DNA from: Batkoa obscura
Taxonomy: Eukaryota
Length of the DNA: 64,000 nt
Assembly (NCBI GenBank): GCA_030770535.1
Contig: JASVEC010000029.1
Coordinates: 310,001-374,000 of the forward strand
Reading direction: 5' to 3'
Both the position numbers and the translations under genes were made by a program. Positions within the stretch are counted from its first letter, which is position 1. Each line of letters opens with the position of its first letter. The notes under the pieces are model-generated. The model saw nothing but the letters and a program-made list of their open reading frames with translations. It was not told where the DNA came from and did no database searches. Of this stretch, positions 14,143-26,419 are shown in pieces.

Positions 14143-14369
14143 GAGTATGTTTTTTTGGTTTCATTATTTTTTCTATCTTTTAAGCGCTATTTAAGTGGAA
14201 AATTGTTAGTAAAATTCTTAAACATAAAAATGCATCCCCAAGTGATGAAGCCAAAGAAAACACCTCCATATGGGGATGTATTTTTGTGTTTAAGAATTTT
14301 ACTAACAATTTTCCGCTCAAATAGTGCTTAAAAAATGGAAAAAATAATGAAACCAAAAAAAACATCCTC
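14143..14369. mobile_element. MITE cluster: reverse copy 14143-14239, right-end fragment 14240-14267, forward copy 14272-14369
   Basis: All three parts match the family consensus. ATAT occurs at 14139-14142, 14268-14271 and 14370-14373. Confidence 0.85.
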
Positions 14370-14724
14370 ATATAAAGTTCTTATTATAAAGATGTTATAC
14401 ACTGTTATCCGCCATAAACGTAATATATTTAAAATAAAAGTTTCCTATAATATTTTTGTTTTTTTACACTTGCTTCTTTTAATCTTCCTTTATGATATTT
14501 TTATTAAATATTATTACAACTTTCAATTTACTTTGATATAACACTAACTTAATCTTTTGTTTTTAAATGAATAAAGTAATCATAAGCTCATTTTAATATT
14601 CGAAAATTAAAAATATAAATAAACATAAACATAACTTTTACAATTATAATAATATGGCTACTGTTTATTAGAAAGGCTGAGTTATAGGAAAAGTTTCATA
14701 TTCAAAGGAAAGAGTTAGAATAAG

Positions 14725-16041
14725 TTAATAATATGGATCTAATTTCATCCAACTTAACATTGGGTTTTTTCCTAACTCATCATAAAAAGCTACAGGCAAA
14801 TAAGGATTAATTGGCGCAATTAATAATAAAGGAGTAGTAAATTTATACGTAACCTTTATCATTTCATCATCGTCAGATGCATCAAAGTGATCTGTTTTGA
14901 TCGTTTTAATGTTTGGGAAAAAAGATAAAAAATAAAGATAAGGATCACTCAAAGGATAAAAGTCTTCAAAATTAATTTTCTTGACAGAGTTACATTTGAT
15001 TAATTTACGCTTTTCTTTATAGTCACCATATTTATTACAGTAAAACTCTTCAATTAAATCTTTAAGATCGCTATAAGGAAAAGAAAAAGAAACAACTTGT
15101 ATACTTGGTATTAAAGAAATAGAATTTAGCGACTCTTTTGAGAATTCACTGAAATGAACTTCTTTTAAAGTTGCTAAGTTCGAAAAATTACGGGTAATTG
15201 GAGAACTAAATTCAAAATAACCTAAAGAAATGTAATCACTACTTTTGATTGATTCTATAATATTCTCCCCATTTTCATTACTATTATCAAAAATAGTATT
15301 ATTATTAATTAATAATTCTATACTCTTCAATTGTTTAAGATCACCTAAGTAACTAATTTTAAAATCTATATAGCCTTCAACCTTAAGCTTTAGATTAGAA
15401 ATGAAACTTATATTAGGATTGACATAGTTATTAACAGTGATAAATGAGAGTGATTTTAAATGTAATGTCCTCAAGTTTTTGAATTCTGTCTTAATAGTAT
15501 CTAGTCCATGAAGATTTAAATTATATATAGAATACAGAGTTAGTGACTTTAATTTATCTGGGTTCAAATGTTTAATAAAATCTTCAACAATTATTTCATC
15601 CTTAAAAACTTCAAAAACTTCAACTTGATTTAAATAATCATTAAATATCACAAATTCTTCTGTGGGTTCCGAAAAACACATTACTATTTTTTTTAATTTA
15701 GGTAGTTTAGCTTTGATTGGGAATTTGTTATCATGATCATATAAACTCTCATAATTTACAGATCTTATGTTTGAACAAGAGTTTAAATACTTAAGGATGC
15801 TTTCGTCTATATTTATATGCTTCATTGATAATCCGTTAGTTTCAATAAATTCTTGTTGGTAATTTTTATAGCTAATAAATTGATCATAAACTGAATAAGT
15901 TAAGTTGTATCTAATAACACTTTTTGTCACCCTTAATAAGCATTTGTTTAACAAGCACAAATCAAACAATTCCACTGGGTGTAATAATTTGAATATATTT
16001 TCCAATAAGTCGTCTGGTAATTGATCAAGCTTTAATCCCAT
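14725..16041 (-). CDS. F-box protein with LRR-like C-terminus, intronless
   Basis: N-terminal LDQLPDDLLENIFKLL...LCLLNK F-box motif, followed by repeated LKxLxL segments. Confidence 0.8.
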   Translation of the reverse strand: MGLKLDQLPDDLLENIFKLLHPVELFDLCLLNKCLLRVTKSVIRYNLTYSVYDQFISYKNYQQEFIETNGLSMKHINIDESILKYLNSCSNIRSVNYESLYDHDNKFPIKAKLPKLKKIVMCFSEPTEEFVIFNDYLNQVEVFEVFKDEIIVEDFIKHLNPDKLKSLTLYSIYNLNLHGLDTIKTEFKNLRTLHLKSLSFITVNNYVNPNISFISNLKLKVEGYIDFKISYLGDLKQLKSIELLINNNTIFDNSNENGENIIESIKSSDYISLGYFEFSSPITRNFSNLATLKEVHFSEFSKESLNSISLIPSIQVVSFSFPYSDLKDLIEEFYCNKYGDYKEKRKLIKCNSVKKINFEDFYPLSDPYLYFLSFFPNIKTIKTDHFDASDDDEMIKVTYKFTTPLLLIAPINPYLPVAFYDELGKNPMLSWMKLDPYY

Positions 16042-16677
16042 TGTAAATGAAAGACAAACATAAAAAAGTTAAGAGTAACGTTTCTATAAAAAATTAAAAA
16101 TTAAATTTACATTATTTGTCTTTTATTTTTTTAAATTTTAAAGTCAGAATCTATTATCATTGGTTAAACAAATGCAGATATTTGTAAAAATTGGGTTTGC
16201 ATGACGTCCCAAAACAATAATTAATGTTCTAAATGCTACCAACATATTAGAAATTTATTTAATATTATACATATTAAGTATTTGAAATAATAAGATTAAT
16301 ATATCCAACTTTTTGTTATATTTTCGATGCATAGAATTACTGCATATTTGTTTCTTTTGCCAGGCAGTTACAAGATATAATTACTATAAAAGCATATAAA
16401 AGTTGAGCCATAAATTTATAAATTAAGTAATAAGAGAAAGTTTGTGAAATAGATCAAGGTGGTGTAAGTCTAATTTTGGATAAATTGGATTGGCTAAGTA
16501 TCTTATTATTTAAGATGAAAATAGGACTGCAGTTAAACACATTATCTAAAAAAATACACATTTTACTACTACCTTTTCTAATCTCATTGATATTCAATTG
16601 GTGGAATAATGAAATTTAATGTTTTATATTATTTTTAATAGATACGTTTTTTGGGTTTATTTATAAACTGTTGTATT

Positions 16678-16775
16678 GAAATGTATTTTTTTGTTTAAAA
16701 ATTTTACTAATAGCTTTTCCACTCAAATAGCACTTAAAAGATAAAAAAAGTGATAAAACCAAAAAAAACACCCCC
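16678..16775 (+). mobile_element. MITE copy with degenerate left end
   Basis: atgtattttttgtttaaaaattttactaa...ctcaaatagcacttaaaagat...aaaccaaaaaaaacaccccc. Confidence 0.8.
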
Positions 16776-16854
16776 GTATACTAATTTTTTACTAAGCTAG
16801 CAATAGTCAAATTAAAGTAGAATGAAAGAATCAGAGTTTTGATGAATTGATATT

Positions 16855-18257
16855 TTGGGCCTAAATTTCGTCCAACTTAACATAAGAGTACTATCTAATT
16901 ACTCATGACAAACTATGGGAGAGCATTAATAAGTACAATTGATAATAAAGGGTTAATGAGTTTGTAACTAATTTTTGGTGTCTTATCCTTGTCAGATGTA
17001 CTAAGGCATCTCATCCTATTTTGGTTACTTTAAGGTTTGGAAAAAACAAAAACAAAAATGATTAGTAATGAATCAGTAAAAATTATCTATATTAATTTGC
17101 TTGACAGAGTTGCATTTGATTGATTGACGTTTTTGTTTTGTTTACGATGAAATTCATTGATTGTTTTTCTAATACTACTGTTCAAAAAAGTTAGATTGAT
17201 GATTTGAATGCTTGGTATTGAAGGAATTGTGATTTTTCAAAACTATTGACATTAAAAGAAGTCCATTTCCGTGATTTTTCAACAGAATCCTTAAATACAA
17301 GTAATCGGATATTTTATACTAAAACAACCTAAGCAAATACTATTGACATTTTTAACTGAGCCTACAATATTCTGTTCGTTTCTATGATTATTATTACCAA
17401 AAAATCCCGATTAAAGTATATTAATTTTATACTCTTTAATTGTTTGAGATCACCTAAAACAATCGAGTTGAAAATCGATATTTCTTTTAACTTTTAGCTC
17501 CAAATCTGAAATGAACTTTATATCAGAACTTATATTATTGGTAGCCGAAATGAATGGGTCTGACTTCAGATGCAGTGTCTTTGATTTCTTGAAATTCGCC
17601 TTAATAGTATTTAATCCCTCAAGATTAAGATCATTTATAGAAGCAACTATAAACGGTTTTGATTTATCTGGGTTCAAACGCTCAATGATGACTTTAATCG
17701 TTAAGTCATAGTTAGAAACTTCAAGTACTTCAAGTACTTCAAGTTGATTTAAATAGTTATCAAATAACCTAAATGTTGGCGCGCCTTCTAAAAATGTATA
17801 GTTAATTTTTTTGACTTAGGTAGTTTAGGTAATTTATCTAATTTCAGTGATTCATAATTTATTCCACGATTGGAATTATTGTTAGGATAGATAATATCCC
17901 AGCTATCCCAGCTATTCCAGTTATAATGGATACATTTACCATATATGATATAGCAATATATATTTTCATGATGTATATATCTAAAGTTTGGACAGTAATA
18001 TAAATACTTTAAAGTGTCACAATCTACATACAGGTATTTGTTGATAGTCTTTTATCTTTGATAAATTCTTCCTGATAATTTGTGTACTTTTTTAATTCAT
18101 TATAAGCACAATAAGTTAAGTTATACTTATAATGCTTTTGGTCACTCTTGATAAACACTTATTTAGTAAGCATAAGTTGAATAACTCAACTAGATGTAAT
18201 AGTTTAAATATCTCTTCCAACAAGTCACCTGGGAATTAATCAATTTTTATTCCTATT
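16855..18257 (-). pseudogene. Tandem pseudogene of the adjacent F-box/LRR gene
   Basis: Begins IGIKID*FPGDLLEEIFKLLHLVELFNLCLLNKCLSRVTKS (ATG>ATA, CAA>TAA) and ends MLSWTKFRP. Contains frameshifts and an internal inversion. Confidence 0.9.
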
Positions 18258-19123
18258 TTGAACAAAAATCAATAAAAAAGAATGATAAGATAAGATAAGT
18301 TTTTTTCTTTTTTGATTTTTTTGATTCTTGATCATAAAATTATTGTTCATTATTATTGGTTAAATGAATCCAACCAAGCATTTATCAAAATTGAGCTTAA
18401 ATGATGTTGCAAAATGTTAACTATACTAAAGACTATAACTTCAGTTGAAACTTGTAAATCGTAGTAATCACTATAATAAATAATATCTGGACAATATTGA
18501 TGTATGTTAGCGATATTCGAGTGTACTTAAGCAAATGTGAAATTCATTAAATGGCTTGAAAGATATCAAGAAACCAGCGTTTATATATAGCCTACCAGTA
18601 ACATTATAAAATTATAGTTTTATACAAATATTTAAGCTATATAAATTGTAAAAATACACATGGGTAAGTTTAAAAGCTTGATTAAAATTAAAGGAATTAT
18701 ATTTTTTTGTCCATTTCTTATGTAATATAAAATTTAATAAAATACTACATAAATACTGAACAAATTTTGGACCTTGGATTTAAACTACCTTATATTTATA
18801 TTTGAATTATTATGTTTTTTCTCTCAAGCTAGTTAATATAAAAGCATGGTACTAGTCAAATAAGTAAAAAAAAATATCGTTTTGTTAACACATCTTGACC
18901 ATCTACTTCAAATATAGTCTTGCAATAAATACTCTATTTAAAAATCTAGTTGTTAAATAATTAATAGGTTACTACCTGATCTCTCAACATACATTTTGGG
19001 TAATAGGAGATTTATTTTTTGTATATTAATAGTCAAAAAAATTCCCAATATCAAAGGTTTGCTCTTGAACAAGATTGTTTAAATTTAGAATACTTAACTT
19101 TAGTAACAGGACTATCAACAATT

Positions 19124-19170
19124 AAACTCAAAACTCAAAACTCAAAACTCAAAACTCAAAACTCAAAACT
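19124..19170. repeat. 7-bp microsatellite (aaaactc)n
   Basis: About six perfect copies. Confidence 0.9.
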
Positions 19171-19593
19171 TTAGCGTATAATTGAAAGATTAAAAATAAT
19201 CTGATAAAATTTTATTTACCTTTCAAATTATTAAAATTAAAATAAAGCTTTTCATATCATAAGCAATGTTAATAAAGTAAATACTAATTAATTATATAAA
19301 AGTGCAATTGCTTGTTCCTCATTATCATTGAAGATTATGTAGTATGATTAATCACCATAAGTAAATGAATGTTTACGGTGTTTAACTTCTATTTGAGATA
19401 TCCAAGGTTAACATTTGGAATATAAATTTAGCTTTCAAAAATGATTTTAGTCATTGCTGTTATTCAAAATAATGCTATAATATTACTAATGTTTGAATCA
19501 AAACTATAAAAGTATTGAAATTAATGATAGTCAAAATTGATTGTTATTTAGATAGATCCAGTAATAAATAACATTGAAATCAATTCTATTGAA

Positions 19594-22500
19594 TTACTTT
19601 CTTGGCTCAGATTTTTTAGAGTTGTTTGAATTGGTCTTTGAGCGTGCTAACAATCGTTGAGGTTGTCTATTGACATTCGTTTGACGATTAAATGTAGTTG
19701 AACGAATTGGACCTCCAGTACCTCCAGTAGTTCGAACTGGTTGAACTGATTGAACTGGTTGAACTGATTGAACTGATTGAACTGATTGAACTAGTTGAAC
19801 TAGCTTTGATCCATTTTTCAAATTTGAATCCTTACGAATAATACCCTTTTTTTCACTCAATTTTTCTCCACCTGATTGAACAGTAGTAACACTTGATTCT
19901 GATTTTTCTTCTTTAACTTGAGGAATTTCATTGATATCAGTTACTACATAATCCTCAGGATTAATTAAAGGCCATTCTTTTGGATATTCTTCAGTATTGA
20001 TGTTAAATTGATCTGGATTAGTAGTTTCGATCTAAAATATTTAATTTAATTTAATAAATTGTTATTAAATAGTATAATTTAAAATTACTGTAAATTGCTC
20101 ATTTACAAAAGTAGTTGTAAGATTGAGATTTGTGTTATTAAGTTCACTGAGTTTTGTAATTTCTGGAAGTACAGATTCATCAACATGTGCTTTTACAAGT
20201 TCAACTAAATTATCTTTACTCTTACTTACTGAGTCATTGAGATGTGACATTGAAGTAATATGATTAAATTGTAGATTTTCTAGAGCTGAAGTCATTGTTT
20301 CTGAATGTTCTTCTAATGCCTTATTTCCATTACCAACATGAAAATGACAAGTGTTCATTTCATTGTTGTATTGGTTTTCGTTCTTAATCATTACTTGTTT
20401 CATTTCCTTATGAGATTTATTAATGGTATTTTTGTTACTATTAGTCAAATTGGTAATGTTGTTTGAGTATTTTAAAGAGGCTATACGATACTTATCAAGG
20501 GTCATGGAAGCATCTTCTAAAAATAAACTCTGTTTCTTGTTCTCTTTTTGATAATTAACATTGGATTTTTCTAATGATTGGGTAAACTTTGTGTAAACAT
20601 TTTCCTCATATGCCTCTCTTGAGTGTAACATACTTAAATGCTTATCCATAGCATTAGAAAGGTTACTATGGTGATAGGAAGAGTATTCTTTGAGAGAATT
20701 TTCCATAGTAGAAATTACTTTGGCTCTTTGTAAAGCTTCCGATTCTTTAACATCTTTTAATAATCTCTCAGACCATTCATATTGAGCTCTTAGTTTTTGT
20801 ACTTCGCTTTCACGTTCCTTTTTCAATTCCTCCATTTGACTATCATACTCCTCAGTTTTTTTTTCAAGTAATGAAGTATATTCTTGTTTCATATTATTAA
20901 CTTTACCAGTAAATTCATTCCCTAAAGTTTCGATTTGATGACTAAAATCATTGTTATTCTGATCAATTGTAATTGAAAATTTATCTAAAGTATTACAGGT
21001 AAATAAAGTCTGTTTTTCAATTAAGCTAGTAAATTCATTGAAACAAGTTGCAAGGCTTTGAACTGATGATTTGATAAACCCAAAATTATCTTCAAGTCTA
21101 TCTTTATTGGTTGATGTTAAAGCATTGAGTTTCTCAAAAGAACTCTTAATATTACTAGTAACATCTGATGACTTTATTATAAGTGAACTCATTAATGCAT
21201 CTGATACACTATTAATTCTATTTTTAAGTTCAAGATTGGATTTAGATATTTGTTCTAACCTTGAGTTTGATTCCTTAAATTTAAAAGAAGTATTAGATAC
21301 TAACTCATTAGCGAATTTCATATTAGTTTCAGCAACCTTATACTTATCACTAACAACTTTAAATAAGTCTTGTAATTGTTTACTTTTCGCAGTAGTAGCA
21401 TTTAGTAAATCTCTAGCTACTTTATCTAATTGGACTTCACTCGATAGATAAGCATCATTTTGTCTCTTTAAAGTTTCGATCTTTAATAAAGCTTCCTCAA
21501 GTTTCTTATTGCTGGTTTCTAAATGAACTTTAGTTGTTTCAAGTTCATTAGTTTTCTCGTTAAGTTCATTATCCTTCAAAATCAATTCTTTTTTATTCTC
21601 TTCAAATTTATTGCTAAGATCTGAATTTATTTGTTGTAATTCATTAATTTCTGAGTTCAATCTTTTAGTTTCAAATTCCAATTCTTTAGATCCATTAGTT
21701 AACTTTTCATAAACATCATTAGCTAAATACGCTCCATCTTTATCCCGTTGTGCCTTTAAACTGGCTGCCATTTTTTGATATTCTGTTTTATATTCCAAAT
21801 AGAGAGCAGCTTCACCAAGGGAAATGTTAGCTCTAGGTCTATTTTTGATAGACATTGCTTGTGAAGCATATTTAATTGTATTGATACTTTCTTTTAAATC
21901 ATTTTCAAGTAAAGAAACAGTTGCTATCATACGTGTTTTTGTGCCACCACCTAACGAATCTTCAAGGATACGTGTCAATTTGGAATTTCTAAATGTTAAA
22001 CCTCCAGTTGAATTAGAGTTCAATTTAGAAGAGCTTCTATCAGAAAGATCTTTTATAATTTGACCTAAAGTAAGTAAAGAACGATTGATTTTACCAGCTT
22101 CAGCTGCTTGAGCTTTTTCAGCACCTGACCTTGAAATATCCTCGGATCCAGCAAGATCTACAAGATGTAATTTACCTGTCGTGAAATACTTTTCATCACC
22201 ATTTTTTGAATTGATTTTAATTTTAAGAGTATATATACAATGAGAACGACTTGAGCTTTTATTAAGCTTTGTTGAAGCAGTATGACGCATGGCTGCTCCT
22301 TTTTCTAATAAAGCAACACCTTCAGATGGATTAGTAATTACTGTTTCTGCTAATCCTTTGATAACAAGATCCTTTTCAAGTCCTTTAATAAGAATAAGTT
22401 TAGATAACTCAGTACCTGGTTCATTTGCACCAAGAAGGTCATAAACCTCCTCATTATAAATTTCAATCATAGAAACTTTTATCAATGACATGTTTTCTTT

Positions 22501-23013
22501 ATCTGATTCAAGTTTCTCAAATATTTCATATAAAGTTCTTGGTATAATACCTGAGTTACCTGATGGCATAAATTGTACTTCATCCAATTTTCCTTCCATA
22601 GTATGAGTCTTTCCTGTACCAGTTTGACCATAAGCAAAGAGTGTACAACTATATCCTGATAATACTTCATCAATCATTGGTGAAACTATTTCATCATAAA
22701 CTGCTTTTTGTGAGGCTGCAGGGCCAAACACTCGATTAAAAGAGTAAGGTCTAGTCACATAACGCTCAGAAGTTCCTTCTTTATAACTGACTTCATTATT
22801 TTCTTCAGAAGCTTCAATGCCTATTTTTTTACCAACTAAAACACTTTCTGGACCACGACAACGAATGTAAACTTGAATAGGACAATCAATTGGTGTATCT
22901 TTTTCTGGTTCATTCTTACGTTTTTTAAGAGCAGGTGGAGGTATACTTGAATCTAAGGACTTAACTTTATTTTCTAATTTTCTATTAAAACTATTGGTTT
23001 GTGGAATGGACAT
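19594..23013 (-). CDS. bimC: Kinesin-5 (BimC/Eg5 family); 2 exons
   Basis: IQVYIRCR, FAYGQTGTGKTHTMEG, SSRSH, LVDLAGSEDISRSGA, LEDSLGGGTKT, then LKAQRDKDGAYL and a long coiled coil. Intron at about 20088-20032. ATG at 23013. Confidence 0.9.
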
Positions 23014-23363
23014 TTTGAGATAAAGTTTATAAATAATTAATCTTTGAAAGATTCGAACATAGAACAAAATTCTCTATTGAAAATGTAAAAATAAACTATT
23101 GTTTGTCTGTCTCTTTAATTGGCCAAAAGTTAAATTGGGCTACAAATCATTGAGGTTGTAAATTTATGGGAACAAAATTTAATTCTGCAATTTACTCAAT
23201 GCTACTCTAACTTAATTTTTTCTTATTTTCTAATTGGTTACGTATCCCTTCCGAAATCTATCCCTTGCTTAAATATTGTACTTTGTTAAAAAAAACATAA
23301 AGACATAATAATGGATGCATTTGTTAGTATTATTGTTTAATTCACAGAAAAAATCGATGATAT

Positions 23364-23461
23364 GGGGATGTATTTTTTTGTTTAAGAACTTTACTAACAA
23401 TTTTTCCGCTCAAATAGCGCTCAAAAAATGGAAAAAGTAATGAAACCAAAAAAACACCCCC
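23364..23461 (+). mobile_element. Full-length MITE copy, TSD ATAT
   Basis: ATAT-ggggatgt...acaccccc-ATAT, 98 bp. Confidence 0.9.
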
Positions 23462-23599
23462 ATATTTAGCTAAAAATAAGAATAAAAATCCAAGTAATCA
23501 ACAAGCTTTAGATTAAACTTAATAACTATAATAGTTTTATTAATAAATGTTGTATAAAAAATAATATTGAAATATTAAAAAAATAATAATAATAAGTAT

Positions 23600-24150
23600 T
23601 TTGACAGGAAAAAACAGATTGCCATTAATCAAAATCCCTTTTAATGGTGATTTTTATATAAATCATGTATTAAGACCATTTATTAAGAAATATTTACCTA
23701 TTTTATATCTTAACAAATTGTTTAAAGTCTTTATATCTACAATAAAGCTAATTCTCATATTCGTAGAAAAGTGCAAAAGTATGCTTTAAATATTAAAAGG
23801 AAATATGATATTACTATATTTCTAAAGGTGGTATCCCTGTAAAATCCCCAGATCCTAGCACTTTTGGTTTTATTATATAGGGATGTATTTTTGTGTTTAA
23901 GAATTTTACTAACAATTTTCCATTCAAATAGCGCTTAAAAGATGGAAAAAGTGAAGCTAAAAAAACACCCCTCTATATAAATCATAAATAGGTCATTTAG
24001 AAATACCTTCAAAGTAACATATCAGTTTAAAAAGCCATAACAAAAACGTAAGTAAGGACATTTATTGTCTTTTTGCGGCACTACTTAATAATATAGCAAA
24101 AAAATTTAAGATACATCGATAAAGGGTCTGAATATTATATTGTCTTTTAA
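23600..24150 (+). mobile_element. Degenerate IS630-Tc1-mariner transposase remnant, interrupted by a MITE
   Basis: TGKNRLPLIKIP, FYINHVLRPF, KVF..(H)NKANSH (decayed second-Asp motif) and IPVKSPDPSTFGF (SPDLNP-like motif), with frameshifts. The 3' limit is approximate. Confidence 0.7.
23879..23974 (+). mobile_element. MITE copy, TSD ATAT
   Basis: ATAT-agggatgt...cacccctct-ATAT. Confidence 0.85.
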
Positions 24151-24461
24151 AATCAATAACCTCACTGTAGTGGGTTCATATTTAAATAAGATTTATAACA
24201 TCAAACTTAATTTTTAATAAAAAATTTCTTCAATCAATTGTTATACAAGATTTAAAAATTACTTTATTTAATACTATTAATTAATCAAATACTTTTGTTT
24301 TATTTATTGAGATTTGAATATGATATTGAAAAATAAACAGCCAGTTAAAGCACTGAATAAAAATACTAAGCAATTAATAAAAAGTATAAGTATTTTGTTA
24401 AAAATAAAACTCGAAATACCCCCACTTTGAACTGTATTTAATTTATTAAACAATAATTTAT

Positions 24462-24728
24462 TTAACCATAACGTACTTTAGTAACAATATTTTCATGGTC
24501 GATATGAACATTAAGTCTATCTTCAACAAAGTCCATAGTGCTCATACTATCTGGTTTTAAAACTCGATGTTTATCTGGTAAATCTTGTTTAGTGACCTGA
24601 AGGAAAGTCAGTATAAATAAAATTTAGTCTATATGAAGACATACCTGGTTATTACCGCTACTTACGCTTTCTCCTTCATTAAATTTTCTACCAACTAATT
24701 TAGCTTCCCAATGTTCAATGTTTTGCAT
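24462..24728 (-). CDS. Peptidase inhibitor I78 family small protein; 2 exons
   Basis: MQNIEHWEAKLVGRKF...Q|VTKQDLPDKHRVLKPDSMSTMDFVEDRLNVHIDHENIVTKVRYG*, matching the TMDxxxxRLNV motif. One GT-AG intron. Absent from the ORF track. Confidence 0.85.
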
Positions 24729-25207
24729 TTTTTGAATGTTTCTTGTTATAACTCTTTAAATTGTAGTTTAAGTTATACTCTATTGTATAAATATATAAAT
24801 TGTGTTTACTTTAAATAACTTAGTTTATTATTATTTTGTTTAAAAAGATAACTCATTTTTATTCTCATTTTATTTCCTATGTTTAAGCATTTTTTATATT
24901 AAGACGTCATTAGTTGATCATTAAAATTTAGCATTATTGCTATTTTGAGAAATTCAAGTATTAGAATTTAAAATATTAAAAAATGGAGTTATAAGAAAAA
25001 CAATACTAAAATTTATTAAAAACAAAAAAACATATAAGAATAAGCTTTAAATTATATGCAACAAATTATCGGTTATTCCAACAACGATTAGTAGATATAA
25101 GAACATTTATAACAAATAAGAGTCTATATTTTAATATTTATAAAAAAAAATGGTTTTACGGAAGATTTTTCCTCTTATTTCAATTATTCGATCTTATCAT
25201 ATAAACA

Positions 25208-25582
25208 ATAGCAAGTCTTATACCGACTATTATACAATACTCTGTATTAATTATTGTAGCCTTGTATGTTTACGATTCCATATTTGGTCTCGTTAGTGTG
25301 AGTATGTATTTGTTGTTAGCAATAGCAATCATATACACAATAGAATAATTATATAATTATCTAAAGCCAAAAAAAAATAGCGTAGTATCACAAGGCGAGA
25401 GCACGTTGATTTTCAAGCGTATAGTTCCATGTATCGCAGTATTTGATGCTTATAAACTTATTTTTAAAAAAATTGGATTTAAAAGCCTTATTACCTCACT
25501 TCTATTAACTACATATACAGCTCAGGCTTTGGATTATCATTTGAAACAAATGACAGAAAAGTGTCTCTATCTTTCAAAATGA
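25208..25582 (+). pseudogene. Pseudogene paralog of the small membrane protein at 28406
   Basis: IASLIPTIIQYSVLII...IE*LYNYLK...IFKKIGFKSLITSLLLTTYTAQALDYHLKQMTEK...SK* is colinear with 28406-28783. Start codon is ATA and there is an internal TAA. Confidence 0.85.
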
Positions 25583-25746
25583 AATGGTGATGGCATTAAA
25601 GTAATATTGCTTTTTTTAATAAAGTTGATGATTTAATCAAATGTAAAAGTGTACACATACTCCACTGAAAATAACGTTATTTAGTTATTTTTTTTTAACC
25701 TTGAAAGATAAAAACTCAAATGCTATTTATTTCATGATAATCAAAT

Positions 25747-25844
25747 GGGGATGCTTTTTTTGTTTTCATCACTTTTTCCATTTTTAAGCGTTGTTTGAGC
25801 GAAGATTGTTAGTAAAATTGTTAAATAAAAAAACACATCCTCCC
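25747..25844 (-). mobile_element. MITE copy, TSD AAAT
   Basis: AAAT-ggggatgc...catcctccc-AAAT. Confidence 0.88.
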
Positions 25845-26419
25845 AAATTTCTAATAGTTTTGGTTTTAATGCCCAAGTTTTAATATAAGTTTGGTGCCGT
25901 TTTCCAATATTTGTTATAAATAAATACTAAGCTGGATTATAAGGTTTGTTCATTTTTCGTATATAGCAGTGGAAGAGCTTCTTTAATCTAAAAAGCAATA
26001 AAGTGGTTAAAAGGATAGACTCTGTAAACTGGAAAATAAAATCAAAAATTATTATTACATTGAAACATAATTTGTTAAGTAAACTCACCGTAAAAATTCA
26101 AAGCTAAATACAAATCGACTGTAATATACTACCTGGTAGGTGGGATATTACGGTTAACTTAGACATCCAAACAATTTTACAATAGAGTTTGATACGTAAA
26201 TTTATTAAAAACTAAAATTTACACAAGAGCAAATGGAATTATAGAGCTAATTTAGGTTCGGATGTGCAGTGTCTAGTGATAGTTTCCAGCCAATATTTTG
26301 TTGGAGGTTTCTAAATACAGGTTGTTTTTAGCTTTTGGGGACAATTAAAAAATTCAATAAAAAAAATCAAAAAAATAGATAAACAAAATAGCCTATACAA
26401 TTTAAGCTGGGTTTGTCAA

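Noticed and set aside
14180..14541. Short ORFs of 63 and 68 aa
   Set aside because: Chance frames through MITE and AT-rich DNA.
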